Positions 36,520-45,753 of a stretch of DNA of 64,000 nucleotides are shown here, in pieces. Source of the DNA: Escherichia phage KIT01. The notes beneath the pieces are model-generated. The model was not told the DNA's origin, searched no databases, and saw only the letters and a program-made list of their open reading frames with translations. The stretch's first letter is position 1. Each line of letters opens with the position of its first letter. Location of the stretch: sequence record AP019521.1; one strand, 5' to 3'. A program made the translations under genes and the position numbers.

Positions 36520-37370
36520 AATCTACCTTTATAATGTATTTCACTATTAAATTCTATCTCAGAAATCATAAAGCTTTTTATGCCGTCATTAGCCCAGATT
36601 TTCTTAGGTCTAGTAATTGTAACTGTAGGCTTAAAAATTTTATAAACCAAATTGTGATAATTACCATCCATAAAACCTTTAGCTAAAGCTATTTCTCTAA
36701 ATTTATACGGTGGCAAAAATCCAGTAGAAATCCAAAGCTCTTTTAATTCTTTTTGAATATCAGGGTCATATATCCCATCGGTCTTTTTCAAGTTTTTCTT
36801 ATGTTCATCGGTTAGAAAACTGCCAAGGACCCAAGATTCAGGTTGTTTTCCTTCTACAAATAATCCTTTATCAACGCCATTGTTATACCACTTCTTACCC
36901 TTATTATGACTAGATGCTTTATAATTAGGAGAACGACCTTCTACGTATCCTTCGGGGACTGTAGGTGCAAAGGTTTGTTCTAATGTAACAGGATTATAGG
37001 AATGAATATATCCTTTGGCATTATGAGAGCCATAAAGAGGGTGTTGCTCTTTAGGTAGCGAAAGCCCAAAGAATCCTTTAGGAGCGGCGACAGCCCTATT
37101 AAAGAATAGAGGATTTTGGGCTGCGTCAGTTCTTAACTGGTACATTCTTTCAGCTTCTAAAGCCTCTTCTCTTGTAGGGTGTTCGCTTACAATACACGAG
37201 TCGAATAATTCAGGATGCTCTAAAAGCTCATTTTTATATATTTCTTTATATGCTTTAGAAAGGACACTCCCGTGATACCCTTTCAAATGCTTCTCCAAAG
37301 TGGTAGACCCTATATAAAACGGTGGAAGCTTAGTCCCGGAATATATTGTCAGGTATGTGATGTATTTCAT
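36516..37370 (-). CDS. GIY-YIG homing endonuclease (Seg-like)
   Basis: 284 aa; N-terminal YITYLTIYSG...FYIGST, conserved R and E (EALEAER); sits where T4 has 47.1/alpha-gt. Confidence 0.7.
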   Translation of the reverse strand: MKYITYLTIYSGTKLPPFYIGSTTLEKHLKGYHGSVLSKAYKEIYKNELLEHPELFDSCIVSEHPTREEALEAERMYQLRTDAAQNPLFFNRAVAAPKGFFGLSLPKEQHPLYGSHNAKGYIHSYNPVTLEQTFAPTVPEGYVEGRSPNYKASSHNKGKKWYNNGVDKGLFVEGKQPESWVLGSFLTDEHKKNLKKTDGIYDPDIQKELKELWISTGFLPPYKFREIALAKGFMDGNYHNLVYKIFKPTVTITRPKKIWANDGIKSFMISEIEFNSEIHYKGRL

Positions 37371-37396
37371 AGATTTATTTTATCATCCATTCAGAA

Positions 37397-37422
37397 AGCA
37401 AAAAAGGAGCCTAAGCTCCTTT
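37397..37422 (-). terminator. intrinsic terminator
   Basis: minus GGAGC-UUAG-GCUCC followed by UUUUUU. Confidence 0.5.
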
Positions 37423-37642
37423 ACCAACTAATACACCATACAGAGGTTCATGAGAAGACCTGAACTTGATTTTCTTATAGGTAATAGTACCTTCGTTTTC
37501 TGCTTTAATACGAGCGGCTTCAAATTGAAGAATCATCTCGTTTTTGTCAGATTTAATCTTATCAAAATCCATCGAATTCGTCATTCATACGACCTCTTAA
37601 ACTTTTTCGTATTCGTCTTTCATTAGCCACCTGTCCACGTTA

Positions 37643-37843
37643 TCATCGTTGCCACCATTTCTTAAGTTGATGAGAATCTACCCAAACCTTGGCTACGGGC
37701 TCAATCTTAAAAATACCATCAGAATATTGGCCCATCATTTTGTATTCGGTTTCGGACTGCTTAATACAGATATTACCGTATGAGCGAAGTCTAAAGGCGG
37801 CTCCAATAAGAAGCCGTTTAAAGGGTTTATTTACTAGAGCCAT
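37643..37843 (-). CDS. hypothetical protein
   Basis: 66-aa ORF. Confidence 0.4.
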   Translation of the reverse strand: MALVNKPFKRLLIGAAFRLRSYGNICIKQSETEYKMMGQYSDGIFKIEPVAKVWVDSHQLKKWWQR

Positions 37844-38138
37844 TGACGATTTCCCAAATTTGTTTGCGGGTAGATTCCCACATCAATTGAACAAGTTCAT
37901 CAGTAACAGGTTGACGGTAAATACCACGTAATTTAATTAAAGCGTACTTATATGCTTCAAAGTTGTTTTCAAGTACAGCGCCTTGGGCATGGAGATTTAA
38001 ACGACGGATTTCACGAGCGTTCTTCTTAAGAATCTTAGCCGCTTGCGAATTAGCTTCTTTAATATTGTGCTCTTCTAAACGTTGCTGGGCTTCTTCAATT
38101 TGCTCATCAGTCAATTGAGAAATGACATGGCTTTGCAT
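37827..38138 (-). CDS. hypothetical protein
   Basis: 103-aa ORF. Confidence 0.4.
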   Translation of the reverse strand: MQSHVISQLTDEQIEEAQQRLEEHNIKEANSQAAKILKKNAREIRRLNLHAQGAVLENNFEAYKYALIKLRGIYRQPVTDELVQLMWESTRKQIWEIVNGSSK

Positions 38139-38139
38139 A

Positions 38140-38370
38140 TTAATCCTTTGGAGTCAATTCAATAGTGAAGTAGAAATTAGCGTTCTCAACATGATAACGA
38201 TAATCTACGTTATTGTCAGGAGAAGTGAATTCAATATTCCTGACGTTAAGTGGGTCAATATCAATAGGAAGGCCTTTAACATCCCGTAATATCAATTTAA
38301 TAAAATAAGGGAGTGCTTCGAAGTCTTCCATTCCATCTAAAAGTGGAGTGATATTAATCTGATGTTCCAT
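38140..38370 (-). CDS. hypothetical protein
   Basis: ORF overlapping 3' end of gene 55; start uncertain (ATG 38370 or GTG 38406). Confidence 0.35.
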   Translation of the reverse strand: MEHQINITPLLDGMEDFEALPYFIKLILRDVKGLPIDIDPLNVRNIEFTSPDNNVDYRYHVENANFYFTIELTPKD

Positions 38371-38911
38371 ATAAAAAATCCAGTTCACCAACTTTAGGTT
38401 CGGCACTCTTATCAGACCCTGGTGCTTTAGTTAAAGAGGTTTCATACTGAGTCATTTTGTCGTAGATATCTTGGATAAAGGTTTCATCTGCAATACCTAC
38501 CATGTCGTCATCATTACTGTCATAGACATTATGGACGAAGTAGCTATATTTCTTTGCCATTTCTTTACGTTCTTTTTTGATACGCTGAACGAAGGCATTA
38601 AAACAAGCCATAGTGATATATGCATGTGGGTTGTCGTATTTTGTTTCGTCGAAGTTGTGAAGACCTTTAATCGAAGCTTCGATTCCATCAGCAATCATTT
38701 CTTGCTTCCAAGATTGGGTATATCCTGAGAAGTTGAAACGTTTACTTAGTCCTTCAGCAATGAGCATAATAGCCAAGCCAATAACGTCGTTCTGGCGAAC
38801 TATTTTATTAGGATCGGTATTTTCTCTGAGCTCTGTTTTCCATTGGGTGATAGCTTTCAGAAGCTCCTTATTATTTACATAGTTATTTTTAGTCAGTTTA
38901 ATTTCGGTCAT
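38354..38911 (-). CDS. 55: late transcription sigma factor
   Basis: 185 aa; [16 protein letters not shown]...[58 protein letters not shown] essentially identical to T4 gp55. Confidence 0.92.
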   Translation of the reverse strand: MTEIKLTKNNYVNNKELLKAITQWKTELRENTDPNKIVRQNDVIGLAIMLIAEGLSKRFNFSGYTQSWKQEMIADGIEASIKGLHNFDETKYDNPHAYITMACFNAFVQRIKKERKEMAKKYSYFVHNVYDSNDDDMVGIADETFIQDIYDKMTQYETSLTKAPGSDKSAEPKVGELDFLYGTSD

Positions 38912-38977
38912 TGTTACCTCGGATAACTCAAATCATAGGTCTATTATATCATGGTATTTGAAGACCCTTTTAAAGCA

Positions 38978-39241
38978 TCAACGGAGTAAGCAATAAGCCT
39001 GAAATACTGTTTCAAGGATTTGTGTGAACTCGGAATAAGAAATTGTATCAGTACATCCATGTTCAGACATATATCCACAAAATTCTTTAAAAAGACCTGG
39101 ATATTCACGATGGTTGTATTTGGAAATATGAGACTTCCATACTAAAGAAGTCTCACCACAAACAAACTCAACATCCATACGGTTATCTATTAAGAAAAAT
39201 CCGAGACCTTCGTAGGCGAGGGTGGTGGATATGGGTTTCAT
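38978..39241 (-). CDS. hypothetical protein
   Basis: 87-aa ORF. Confidence 0.4.
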   Translation of the reverse strand: MKPISTTLAYEGLGFFLIDNRMDVEFVCGETSLVWKSHISKYNHREYPGLFKEFCGYMSEHGCTDTISYSEFTQILETVFQAYCLLR

Positions 39242-39504
39242 TGTAGGAATCGGGCTCCTTCCAAGGCATCATCTAGGTTATCGAACTCGTCGACATAATC
39301 AACACCGCCAACTTCGTCCTTCGCATAAAGCCAATACTGTTTAAATTCATATTCAATAATAAAGTGGTCGCCTTCAATTTGAAGAGCCCCATCACCATTA
39401 AATTGAACTGCATAACCTGTAAAGCGGACATCATTCAAGAGTTCTTCTTTCATAGCAATCATTTCCAAGTTTTTATCGTAATTAGAGAGTTTTATTTTAA
39501 TCAT
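39238..39504 (-). CDS. hypothetical protein
   Basis: 88-aa acidic ORF. Confidence 0.4.
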   Translation of the reverse strand: MIKIKLSNYDKNLEMIAMKEELLNDVRFTGYAVQFNGDGALQIEGDHFIIEYEFKQYWLYAKDEVGGVDYVDEFDNLDDALEGARFLQ

Positions 39505-39830
39505 TTCGCTGCCTTAACAATTTTCAGGTCAACGAATTTTTTCTTACGTTGGTTTTTCATACGACGGATAGTTTTATCCGTGATTTCACCAGGGGCCCAA
39601 GCTTTAGATTCAACACCAAATGCAGCGACATCGAATTCATCAAGGATATATTGAACCAGGATTTCACGAATACCGTTCTTACCAATTTTCTGGTCTTTAG
39701 AGTGCATGATTGGTAATAGTTCAGCAACCCATTGGTCAAGAACCTGAGGAGTTACAAAACCGGTTTTCATCAGTTCGTTTACTTTATCGAAAGCGAAAGA
39801 GTTCAGTACGTTTTTAATAGCTTGTGACAT
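39501..39830 (-). CDS. hypothetical protein
   Basis: start set at MSQAIKNV after GAGGAAA SD, downstream of early promoter cassette. Confidence 0.4.
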   Translation of the reverse strand: MSQAIKNVLNSFAFDKVNELMKTGFVTPQVLDQWVAELLPIMHSKDQKIGKNGIREILVQYILDEFDVAAFGVESKAWAPGEITDKTIRRMKNQRKKKFVDLKIVKAAK

Positions 39831-39864
39831 AATAATTTCCTCAGTTTTAAAGTTATAATCCGTA

Positions 39865-39899
39865 GGACCATTATACTCTGGTCCCAAGAGTTTGTAAAC
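39865..39899 (-). promoter_or_regulatory. early promoter cassette
   Basis: gtaaac 39894-39899; -10 TATAAT flanked by ggacca/tggtcc inverted repeat. Confidence 0.5.
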
Positions 39900-40099
39900 T
39901 ATTTTTGTGCTTTGGCGCCTTTCCAACCTTCATACATCATTCCGGCGGAAATTAACAAAGCACCCGAGCAACTTGAATACTTGTGATTCCAAAACCAGTT
40001 TAGAAAAACTTCGTCATCAATACCTTGAGCTATCATATTTTCAAAGAACTGACGACGAGCTTCAGCAATTCGCTGTGATAATTTAGATTCAGGATTCAT
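39899..40099 (-). CDS. hypothetical protein
   Basis: 66-aa ORF. Confidence 0.4.
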   Translation of the reverse strand: MNPESKLSQRIAEARRQFFENMIAQGIDDEVFLNWFWNHKYSSCSGALLISAGMMYEGWKGAKAQK

Positions 40100-40231
40100 T
40101 TAAATTTTCCAATTGCCATTTTCATCAATGAATTTAACCCAGTCATTTACTGACCACTTGGTTGTATCGCCTTTTGGACTAACATTTAAAGTGTATAGTC
40201 CTTGCTTAAAAAGCATTCGTTTGATATTCAT
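40100..40231 (-). CDS. small hypothetical protein (43 aa)
   Basis: start MNIKRML after GAGGAAAAT SD. Confidence 0.3.
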   Translation of the reverse strand: MNIKRMLFKQGLYTLNVSPKGDTTKWSVNDWVKFIDENGNWKI

Positions 40232-40238
40232 ATTTTCC

Positions 40239-40532
40239 TCAGCTGTAACGATAACACTCGTTTGATTTACGTTTTGCAACTTGATGAGAAGTATTGTAAT
40301 CAGGTTCATCGTCGTTGTAAACATCTTTTTTCAGCTTTCTCACTTCTTTACGAAGTTGGCGATTCATTTCATTCTTAACTTCAGAGTCAACGCCTCTCAT
40401 ACGTTTCCACTTGTCGGAACGGAAGATATTTTCTTCAACCAAATCCTGACTTACGCCGACCGGTGCTTTACGACGTCCGGAATAATAAAAATCTTTTACA
40501 GACAATTCTTTACGACGAATAGTTTTACCCAT
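40239..40532 (-). CDS. hypothetical basic protein
   Basis: 97 aa, Lys/Arg-rich. Confidence 0.4.
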   Translation of the reverse strand: MGKTIRRKELSVKDFYYSGRRKAPVGVSQDLVEENIFRSDKWKRMRGVDSEVKNEMNRQLRKEVRKLKKDVYNDDEPDYNTSHQVAKRKSNECYRYS

Positions 40533-40534
40533 AG

Positions 40535-40789
40535 TTACCTCAGCAGTTTGTATCCAATAAGATTTTTAATGTATTGGACATCTTTGACATCCAAATCTAA
40601 CTTAATATCTTTCAGGCGTTCAGCCAGAGTAAGAAATGTTACACGTTTCCAATTCTTAACAGGGCAGCAATAAGTTTTCGGGCCGTTAGCGATTTCAATA
40701 TTTTTATCAGTGATGGTGAGAAAAATCAGGCGCTCATCATCCAGATTAAGTGTGACGATATTTTTCATTGAATGTAATTTCAGGCTCAT
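40535..40789 (-). CDS. hypothetical protein
   Basis: 84-aa ORF. Confidence 0.4.
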   Translation of the reverse strand: MSLKLHSMKNIVTLNLDDERLIFLTITDKNIEIANGPKTYCCPVKNWKRVTFLTLAERLKDIKLDLDVKDVQYIKNLIGYKLLR

Positions 40790-40968
40790 AATTTGATTTC
40801 CTTAGCTATTGAACAAAACACGCTACGGTCACATACCATCATTGGAATATTTCTATGGTCTAGTACACGATACCATACGTCTGAATCGCTAGCAGCAATT
40901 ACACGAACCGCACGCCCATTTACCAAATAATACTGGTCGGCTTTAATTTCTTTATCTTGGATAGTCAT
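40786..40968 (-). CDS. hypothetical protein
   Basis: 60-aa ORF behind early promoter cassette. Confidence 0.4.
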   Translation of the reverse strand: MTIQDKEIKADQYYLVNGRAVRVIAASDSDVWYRVLDHRNIPMMVCDRSVFCSIAKEIKL

Positions 40969-40971
40969 AAT

Positions 40972-41026
40972 GTTCTCCTCATGTGTTGGTAGGATAGACT
41001 ATAACACGTGAGGAGAGGAAGTAAAC
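40972..41026 (-). promoter_or_regulatory. early promoter/stem-loop cassette
   Basis: gtaaac 41021-41026; arms cctcatgtgtt / aacacgtgagg (1 mismatch) pair SD with spacer. Confidence 0.55.
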
Positions 41027-41027
41027 A

Positions 41028-41345
41028 CTAATCTTCAATTAAATCTCGGTCATAACCAAGTTCAATCAAAAGTGATTTGAAGGTAGGAATATTTTCTATT
41101 TTCTTATTATCGACAAATATGACAGGATAGCGTATCGCTAAGCTCTTGAAGCCGGCACGTTTGGCCAATGATACTATAAGAGGCTTGTCATATACTGCGC
41201 CTGACGGCGTCTGGTTAATCACGGGATAGAAAGTATGTGGGATAGAAAGGGAATTTAGGAGCGATAGAACTGCAATGCACCCTGGACAGCGCATGACTGT
41301 CTCAGGGATGCCGTAGATTTCGATTTTAGTTAACTTTTGGTCCAC
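41028..41345 (-). CDS. glutaredoxin/thioredoxin-like protein (NrdH-like)
   Basis: 105 aa; CPGC active-site-like motif near N-terminus. Confidence 0.5.
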   Translation of the reverse strand: MDQKLTKIEIYGIPETVMRCPGCIAVLSLLNSLSIPHTFYPVINQTPSGAVYDKPLIVSLAKRAGFKSLAIRYPVIFVDNKKIENIPTFKSLLIELGYDRDLIED

Positions 41346-41622
41346 AGGAAATAACTCCTTGGTAGTCCCATGTTTTTAGAACTTCGTCTTCATTAGTTCC
41401 GTATGGGACGTAAACCTGTACAAGAAAACCTGTGTCATCGAAAGAGAAATAAACTGTCGGTTTGATTCCGTGAATCTCTGATAGAGCATAGATGTCTTTA
41501 AGGTCTTCTTCCTTACCGACAAAGAATTCCGGGTTCAGGTCACAGTCATGGAAGTACCAATCATCACCGAACTTGTCCCATGCGGTCCAATTCAAAGCTA
41601 CATATTCTTCAAAACGTTTCAT
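41326..41622 (-). CDS. hypothetical protein
   Basis: 98-aa ORF. Confidence 0.4.
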   Translation of the reverse strand: MKRFEEYVALNWTAWDKFGDDWYFHDCDLNPEFFVGKEEDLKDIYALSEIHGIKPTVYFSFDDTGFLVQVYVPYGTNEDEVLKTWDYQGVISCGPKVN

Positions 41623-41846
41623 TCTTTCACCTTCATCATTTTAGAAATAACACTATGAACAGACTGGATTCGTTTTTCGAACTCAGACGCTTCAAGACCT
41701 TTTTCAGTACTCAGGGCGCCAATAATCACAAACAGCAATCCAAATGGGATGACCAGGATTAAAAGGCACACGATAAACAGGACAAATGTAATATTGGCCA
41801 GGATATCAGAAACAGCATTACGAAATTTGTTCATTAAAGAACCCAC
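41619..41846 (-). CDS. small membrane protein
   Basis: 75 aa with central hydrophobic helix pair. Confidence 0.4.
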   Translation of the reverse strand: MGSLMNKFRNAVSDILANITFVLFIVCLLILVIPFGLLFVIIGALSTEKGLEASEFEKRIQSVHSVISKMMKVKE

Positions 41847-41955
41847 ATGTTAGTTACAACAAATAACCATTGAGCAGGATACTCAACACCCATAATACGT
41901 ACCACATCGTTCAGAGATTCGGCTAAAGCATAAAATGTGTAGCCATAAAAATTAA

Positions 41956-42429
41956 TCATTTAAGCGATTTCCTCAGTTGTTTTTTGAATGAATCCACCAT
42001 TTGTTTCTTAGTGGCAGATTCATTATAAGTCATTCCATGTGAAAGCATTTCAGCAATCATTTCTTCCTTACCCAACCTGCTGAACTCTTTGGTTTTATCA
42101 GGAACGAAATTAGGATGAATATTGTTTTCAGTATAATCAGCTTTCAGATAGACCAGCAAATTCTCTAACCATTCGAGGTAGTCAACGTTTTGACCTTTAA
42201 GACCAGAACGGTTGAACTTATGCTTCATTTGTCCTTCTGCAGCATTGCACAGGTTACATAGTAAACCACGAACCTTACCGGCTTTTGGCCCGTTCAATTC
42301 ATGGTCGTGGTCAAGGTGGTTACTTTGAACATCAGGGTTTAATTCACGTTTACAAATCAAACACTTACCACATTGTACATCATAAAGTTTTTGTTTTTCT
42401 TCTTTGTATAATTTGCCGGTCAACAACAT
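41956..42429 (-). CDS. 49: endonuclease VII (Holliday junction resolvase)
   Basis: 157 aa; MLLTGKLYKEEKQK.YD.Q.GKCLIC.RELNPDVQ.NHLDHDHELNGPKAGKVRGLLCNLCNAAEGQMKHKFNRSGLKGQ nearly identical to T4 gp49. Confidence 0.92.
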   Translation of the reverse strand: MLLTGKLYKEEKQKLYDVQCGKCLICKRELNPDVQSNHLDHDHELNGPKAGKVRGLLCNLCNAAEGQMKHKFNRSGLKGQNVDYLEWLENLLVYLKADYTENNIHPNFVPDKTKEFSRLGKEEMIAEMLSHGMTYNESATKKQMVDSFKKQLRKSLK

Positions 42430-42464
42430 AATAAACCCTTACCATTATTAGATAAGGGTATTTA

Positions 42465-42650
42465 TTATTTTTCAAATGTACTATAAAACGAGCGATGCAA
42501 CCGTTTAAATTGACGAATCATCTTTTTAGTAGGACGGGTGTATAATCCTACACAAGTGGCCATAAACTGGTCAGTTGGACTTCCTTTGATAAGAAGTTTC
42601 CAGACCTTGTCACCGTTTAACTTTTCGGTATAGACTAATACAGTTTTCAT
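42465..42650 (-). CDS. hypothetical protein
   Basis: 61-aa ORF. Confidence 0.4.
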   Translation of the reverse strand: MKTVLVYTEKLNGDKVWKLLIKGSPTDQFMATCVGLYTRPTKKMIRQFKRLHRSFYSTFEK

Positions 42651-42949
42651 GCGACCTCAAATTCATTATCATCGTTAGTCCAAAAACACCAGAATGCAGA
42701 TTTGGTGCCTTCATACATTTCTTTGGTGTATTCATATACCTTACCATTGAACTCAATAGCAGTCACACCAATGATTTCAGGATTACCCCAGGGAGAAATC
42801 TCCACCTTCAAGATTTTAACTTCAGCACCTTCACAGAGCTTACCGGATTCAAAGCCGCGATTGCCGTTTAATTCAGGCCAGTCAACATAATGGTCAACGG
42901 TTTCTTCAGTAATACGAACAGTTTTACCTTCAAATTCAAATAAATTCAT
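42647..42949 (-). CDS. hypothetical protein
   Basis: 100-aa ORF. Confidence 0.4.
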   Translation of the reverse strand: MNLFEFEGKTVRITEETVDHYVDWPELNGNRGFESGKLCEGAEVKILKVEISPWGNPEIIGVTAIEFNGKVYEYTKEMYEGTKSAFWCFWTNDDNEFEVA

Positions 42950-43238
42950 CAGAATACCTCATCAGAAAAGCGAAGTTGAGCTTCAAGCCAATGGATATAG
43001 TCAGCGGCAGCTTTAATCAAATCGGATTCTAGGTCAGGTAAAGAACCTGAATCCGACAACTCGTAAAGCGAATGTTCAATCAGACGGCCCTTATGACGGC
43101 CAACTTCAATTTTGGTACTCATATCCAAACTCCATATCGATTAAATCATTGTTTGAAGGTTCATTATACTCTATTTCGGAATCATTGTAAACCGGTTCCT
43201 CTGGCTCGGTAGTTTCCCACCGAGCGACATACCATGGC

Positions 43239-43547
43239 TTAACGGTCACACCACCAACTCGATACTTCAAAATCGGGTTCGCCGTGTTCCCAGTACCAAG
43301 GGCCGACTGGGTGCCAATCACCGTGTTCATCTTCTTCAAATTCTTCGGATTCAAGCCCAACGTATTGCCATTGAACTTCATAAGCGGTGCCACCTATTAC
43401 AACGGTGTTCTCGCCATATGGGTGAGCTACAGCAAAGTCTATACCTTCTGCTTTAGCCAGCCAAACCATATATTCATATAGTTTATATTCCAGGTCATCT
43501 TCGGTACCATCACCTAGAAAAATGGTTTGTTCGTTTAATTCAATCAT
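43239..43547 (-). CDS. hypothetical acidic protein
   Basis: 102-aa ORF; preferred over overlapping 43106..43393. Confidence 0.4.
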   Translation of the reverse strand: MIELNEQTIFLGDGTEDDLEYKLYEYMVWLAKAEGIDFAVAHPYGENTVVIGGTAYEVQWQYVGLESEEFEEDEHGDWHPVGPWYWEHGEPDFEVSSWWCDR

Positions 43548-43732
43548 AACTCCACCATAAATTCAAATAGCTGGTCACGTACACAGGTATCAGTCCAACC
43601 CCATTCGTTGGCTTCTTCTTTTAACCAATCAGGGAGACTTGCCAATACGGTTTCTTTACTAGGGGCAGGAGTATAAAACTCACTTGCAAAATCTCTTGCG
43701 CAGGTTTCATAAGCCGTATCAAATTCAGTCAT
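43544..43732 (-). CDS. hypothetical protein
   Basis: 62-aa ORF. Confidence 0.4.
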   Translation of the reverse strand: MTEFDTAYETCARDFASEFYTPAPSKETVLASLPDWLKEEANEWGWTDTCVRDQLFEFMVEL

Positions 43733-43892
43733 TTAAAGTTCCAGAATGAAGCACCAACCAGAAATAAAGGCCAACAAATCATAGACGTCAGCCACCAACA
43801 AAAGTCACCTATACCAGAATCATCTAATTTAGCTAGGGTCTTAGCATAACCAATACCGATGATAAGATACAAAATACCCAACAATAATTCAA

Positions 43893-44156
43893 TCATTTGA
43901 AGTATGCTCGCAGTTGGTCAAAGCCGCCAATATGACTTCCATCCGGAGCAAATACTTGAGGCATAGTCAAACCCACCTGAGATTCACGTCCAAGGGCAGC
44001 CAGGAGTTCGGCAATCTTCTCATCATCAAATACACCTTTTTCCGGCATCACGTTAATGAATTCGTAAGGTTGTTTCTTAACATCAAGCAGACGTTTGGCA
44101 TTATCACAGAAAACACAACGGTGAATATTTGAATCATAACCATAAACTTTAAACAT
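43893..44156 (-). CDS. nrdC: thioredoxin/glutaredoxin NrdC
   Basis: 87 aa; MFKVYGYDSNIH.CV.CDNAKRLL.VKKQP.EFIN.MPEKGVFDDEKIAELL nearly identical to T4 NrdC. Confidence 0.92.
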   Translation of the reverse strand: MFKVYGYDSNIHRCVFCDNAKRLLDVKKQPYEFINVMPEKGVFDDEKIAELLAALGRESQVGLTMPQVFAPDGSHIGGFDQLRAYFK

Positions 44157-44157
44157 T

Positions 44158-44394
44158 TTAAATTCCTAATATTTGTTTGAATGCTTCAGAACGGTCGAGT
44201 TCTGTTCCATATTTTTCCATGTGCTCATATTTTAAATTATACACATCAGATAGTATATTATTATACGAACGAGTTAAAGCAGATTTTAAAACTGAATAAC
44301 TGTCTGGGAATTTACCATGCTCTTTATAATAAGCTAGGGTAAGTTCGCGGACTGCCTTATCGGCAGCCTCTACATATTCTTTACGCTTTGCCAT
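44158..44394 (-). CDS. hypothetical protein
   Basis: start MAKRK overlapping upstream stop by 14 nt. Confidence 0.4.
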   Translation of the reverse strand: MAKRKEYVEAADKAVRELTLAYYKEHGKFPDSYSVLKSALTRSYNNILSDVYNLKYEHMEKYGTELDRSEAFKQILGI

Positions 44395-44689
44395 TTTCGT
44401 CTCGCTCAAATCGGTGTTTGCAATGGCGGCATTTGTAACGAAGATTACTAGTCTGCCAATGGACCAATTGGACCTGTTCTGTACCGCACTCAGGACAGTT
44501 AGGAACATTCTTAGAAGATTGTTCTCGTCGTGCGACCATAGCCATTACGGCATCCCAATTAACAGGGCTATAATCATCACAGCCATGAATCTTACCAACC
44601 AATTCAGCTTCAACATCCTCGGCTTTAATAAATTTCAATAAACCGGTATTAGATGCCGAAGCAATATCTTCAGCTAAACGTTGTTTCAT
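44381..44689 (-). CDS. zinc-ribbon protein
   Basis: 102 aa; CPECG...CRHCKH. Confidence 0.4.
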   Translation of the reverse strand: MKQRLAEDIASASNTGLLKFIKAEDVEAELVGKIHGCDDYSPVNWDAVMAMVARREQSSKNVPNCPECGTEQVQLVHWQTSNLRYKCRHCKHRFERDENGKA

Positions 44690-45696
44690 TTCAGCAGCTC
44701 CAGAGCCTGTTCAAGACGGTCTAAACGATTGGTAGACTCTTCCCAAAGTTTCTTGGCAGCAGTATATTGCCCGGTCAGTTTTTTGTTGATAGCAAGGGCA
44801 TCTTTATACGCTTTTTCTAAGGCAACGACTTCTGGTAACTTGGATTTAGTAATTGGTGTAGGGGCCATGATAGGGCTGTTCAAGTCGTTAATCAAGTCTT
44901 CTAATGTAGCAGGCTCTTTATCAGTGTTCACAATTTCCTCACATTTTTCTTGGTAAATTTCAGCATCAGTTTTTGGAACGGTATATTTGATTTCACGGAC
45001 TGTTACTAAAACTTCATATCCTTTCCAGCCTAAGTGGTGTTTAACTTCTTGGGTCTCATATTTCTCTACGGTATCCATCAGAGCTAAAGCTTGTTCGATA
45101 GTATTCAAGGTATCGTAAGCAATATCTTGATACTTTACAACTTCCGCATCATCTTTAGGTTTCCTATTAGGTGACCAAATAACAGAAATAATAGCTTTTC
45201 CTTTATAACTATTTGTTTTAATCATGCAATTAGCCAGCGGGTGAATAGTACGACAATCACCGGAAACTATAGTTTTAGAGGCCGCTTTGAGAATTAATGC
45301 AGAGTTAGCCTTGAATTCGCTAACCCAACGTTGCGGAAATAAACTACTAGGGTCCATACCTTTAATTTTGACATAATCTTTTATGGTATCACCAAACCAT
45401 TTGTAGCTAACAACATGGCTAGAACCCGGATATTTCTCTTTACCGAACTCAGAAAGGATGTCCTTATTGACCAGACGCGAAAGAAGTCGAGAACCTTTAA
45501 ATGTATCTACGATATCAGAAATAAACAAACGGCCTGCGATCTTTTCGATTTCAGCTTTGAAACAGCGCGATAATGCATCATCAATTTGGTCGACCCATTT
45601 ATTGATATTAGAAACTATTACCACATATGGGGTTAATGGAGGGGTGTTGGCAGTGATATACGTAGTAAAGGCATTGATGTATTCAGTACGAGTCAT
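44686..45696 (-). CDS. hypothetical protein with C-terminal coiled coil
   Basis: 336 aa; tail ...[14 protein letters not shown]. Confidence 0.45.
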   Translation of the reverse strand: MTRTEYINAFTTYITANTPPLTPYVVIVSNINKWVDQIDDALSRCFKAEIEKIAGRLFISDIVDTFKGSRLLSRLVNKDILSEFGKEKYPGSSHVVSYKWFGDTIKDYVKIKGMDPSSLFPQRWVSEFKANSALILKAASKTIVSGDCRTIHPLANCMIKTNSYKGKAIISVIWSPNRKPKDDAEVVKYQDIAYDTLNTIEQALALMDTVEKYETQEVKHHLGWKGYEVLVTVREIKYTVPKTDAEIYQEKCEEIVNTDKEPATLEDLINDLNSPIMAPTPITKSKLPEVVALEKAYKDALAINKKLTGQYTAAKKLWEESTNRLDRLEQALELLK

Positions 45697-45704
45697 GATA
45701 TTCT

Positions 45705-45752
45705 CCTCAAGTTGATAGAAAGATTATACTCCATCCATCCTTGGATGTAAAC
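45705..45752 (-). promoter_or_regulatory. early promoter cassette
   Basis: gtaaac 45747-45752; TATAAT; gttgataga core. Confidence 0.5.
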
Positions 45753-45753
45753 A

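Noticed and set aside
37411-37573. 53-aa minus-strand ORF (MDFDKIKSDK...) in the gap after the GIY-YIG gene
   Set aside because: No recognisable SD before the ATG; kept only as a possibility since a terminator hairpin follows its stop.
43106-43393. 95-aa ORF overlapping 43239..43547 by 155 nt in another frame
   Set aside because: The overlapping 102-aa ORF has the better coding character and tight coupling to its neighbours; a programmed frameshift is not supported by any slippery site I could see. Comparative conservation would settle it.
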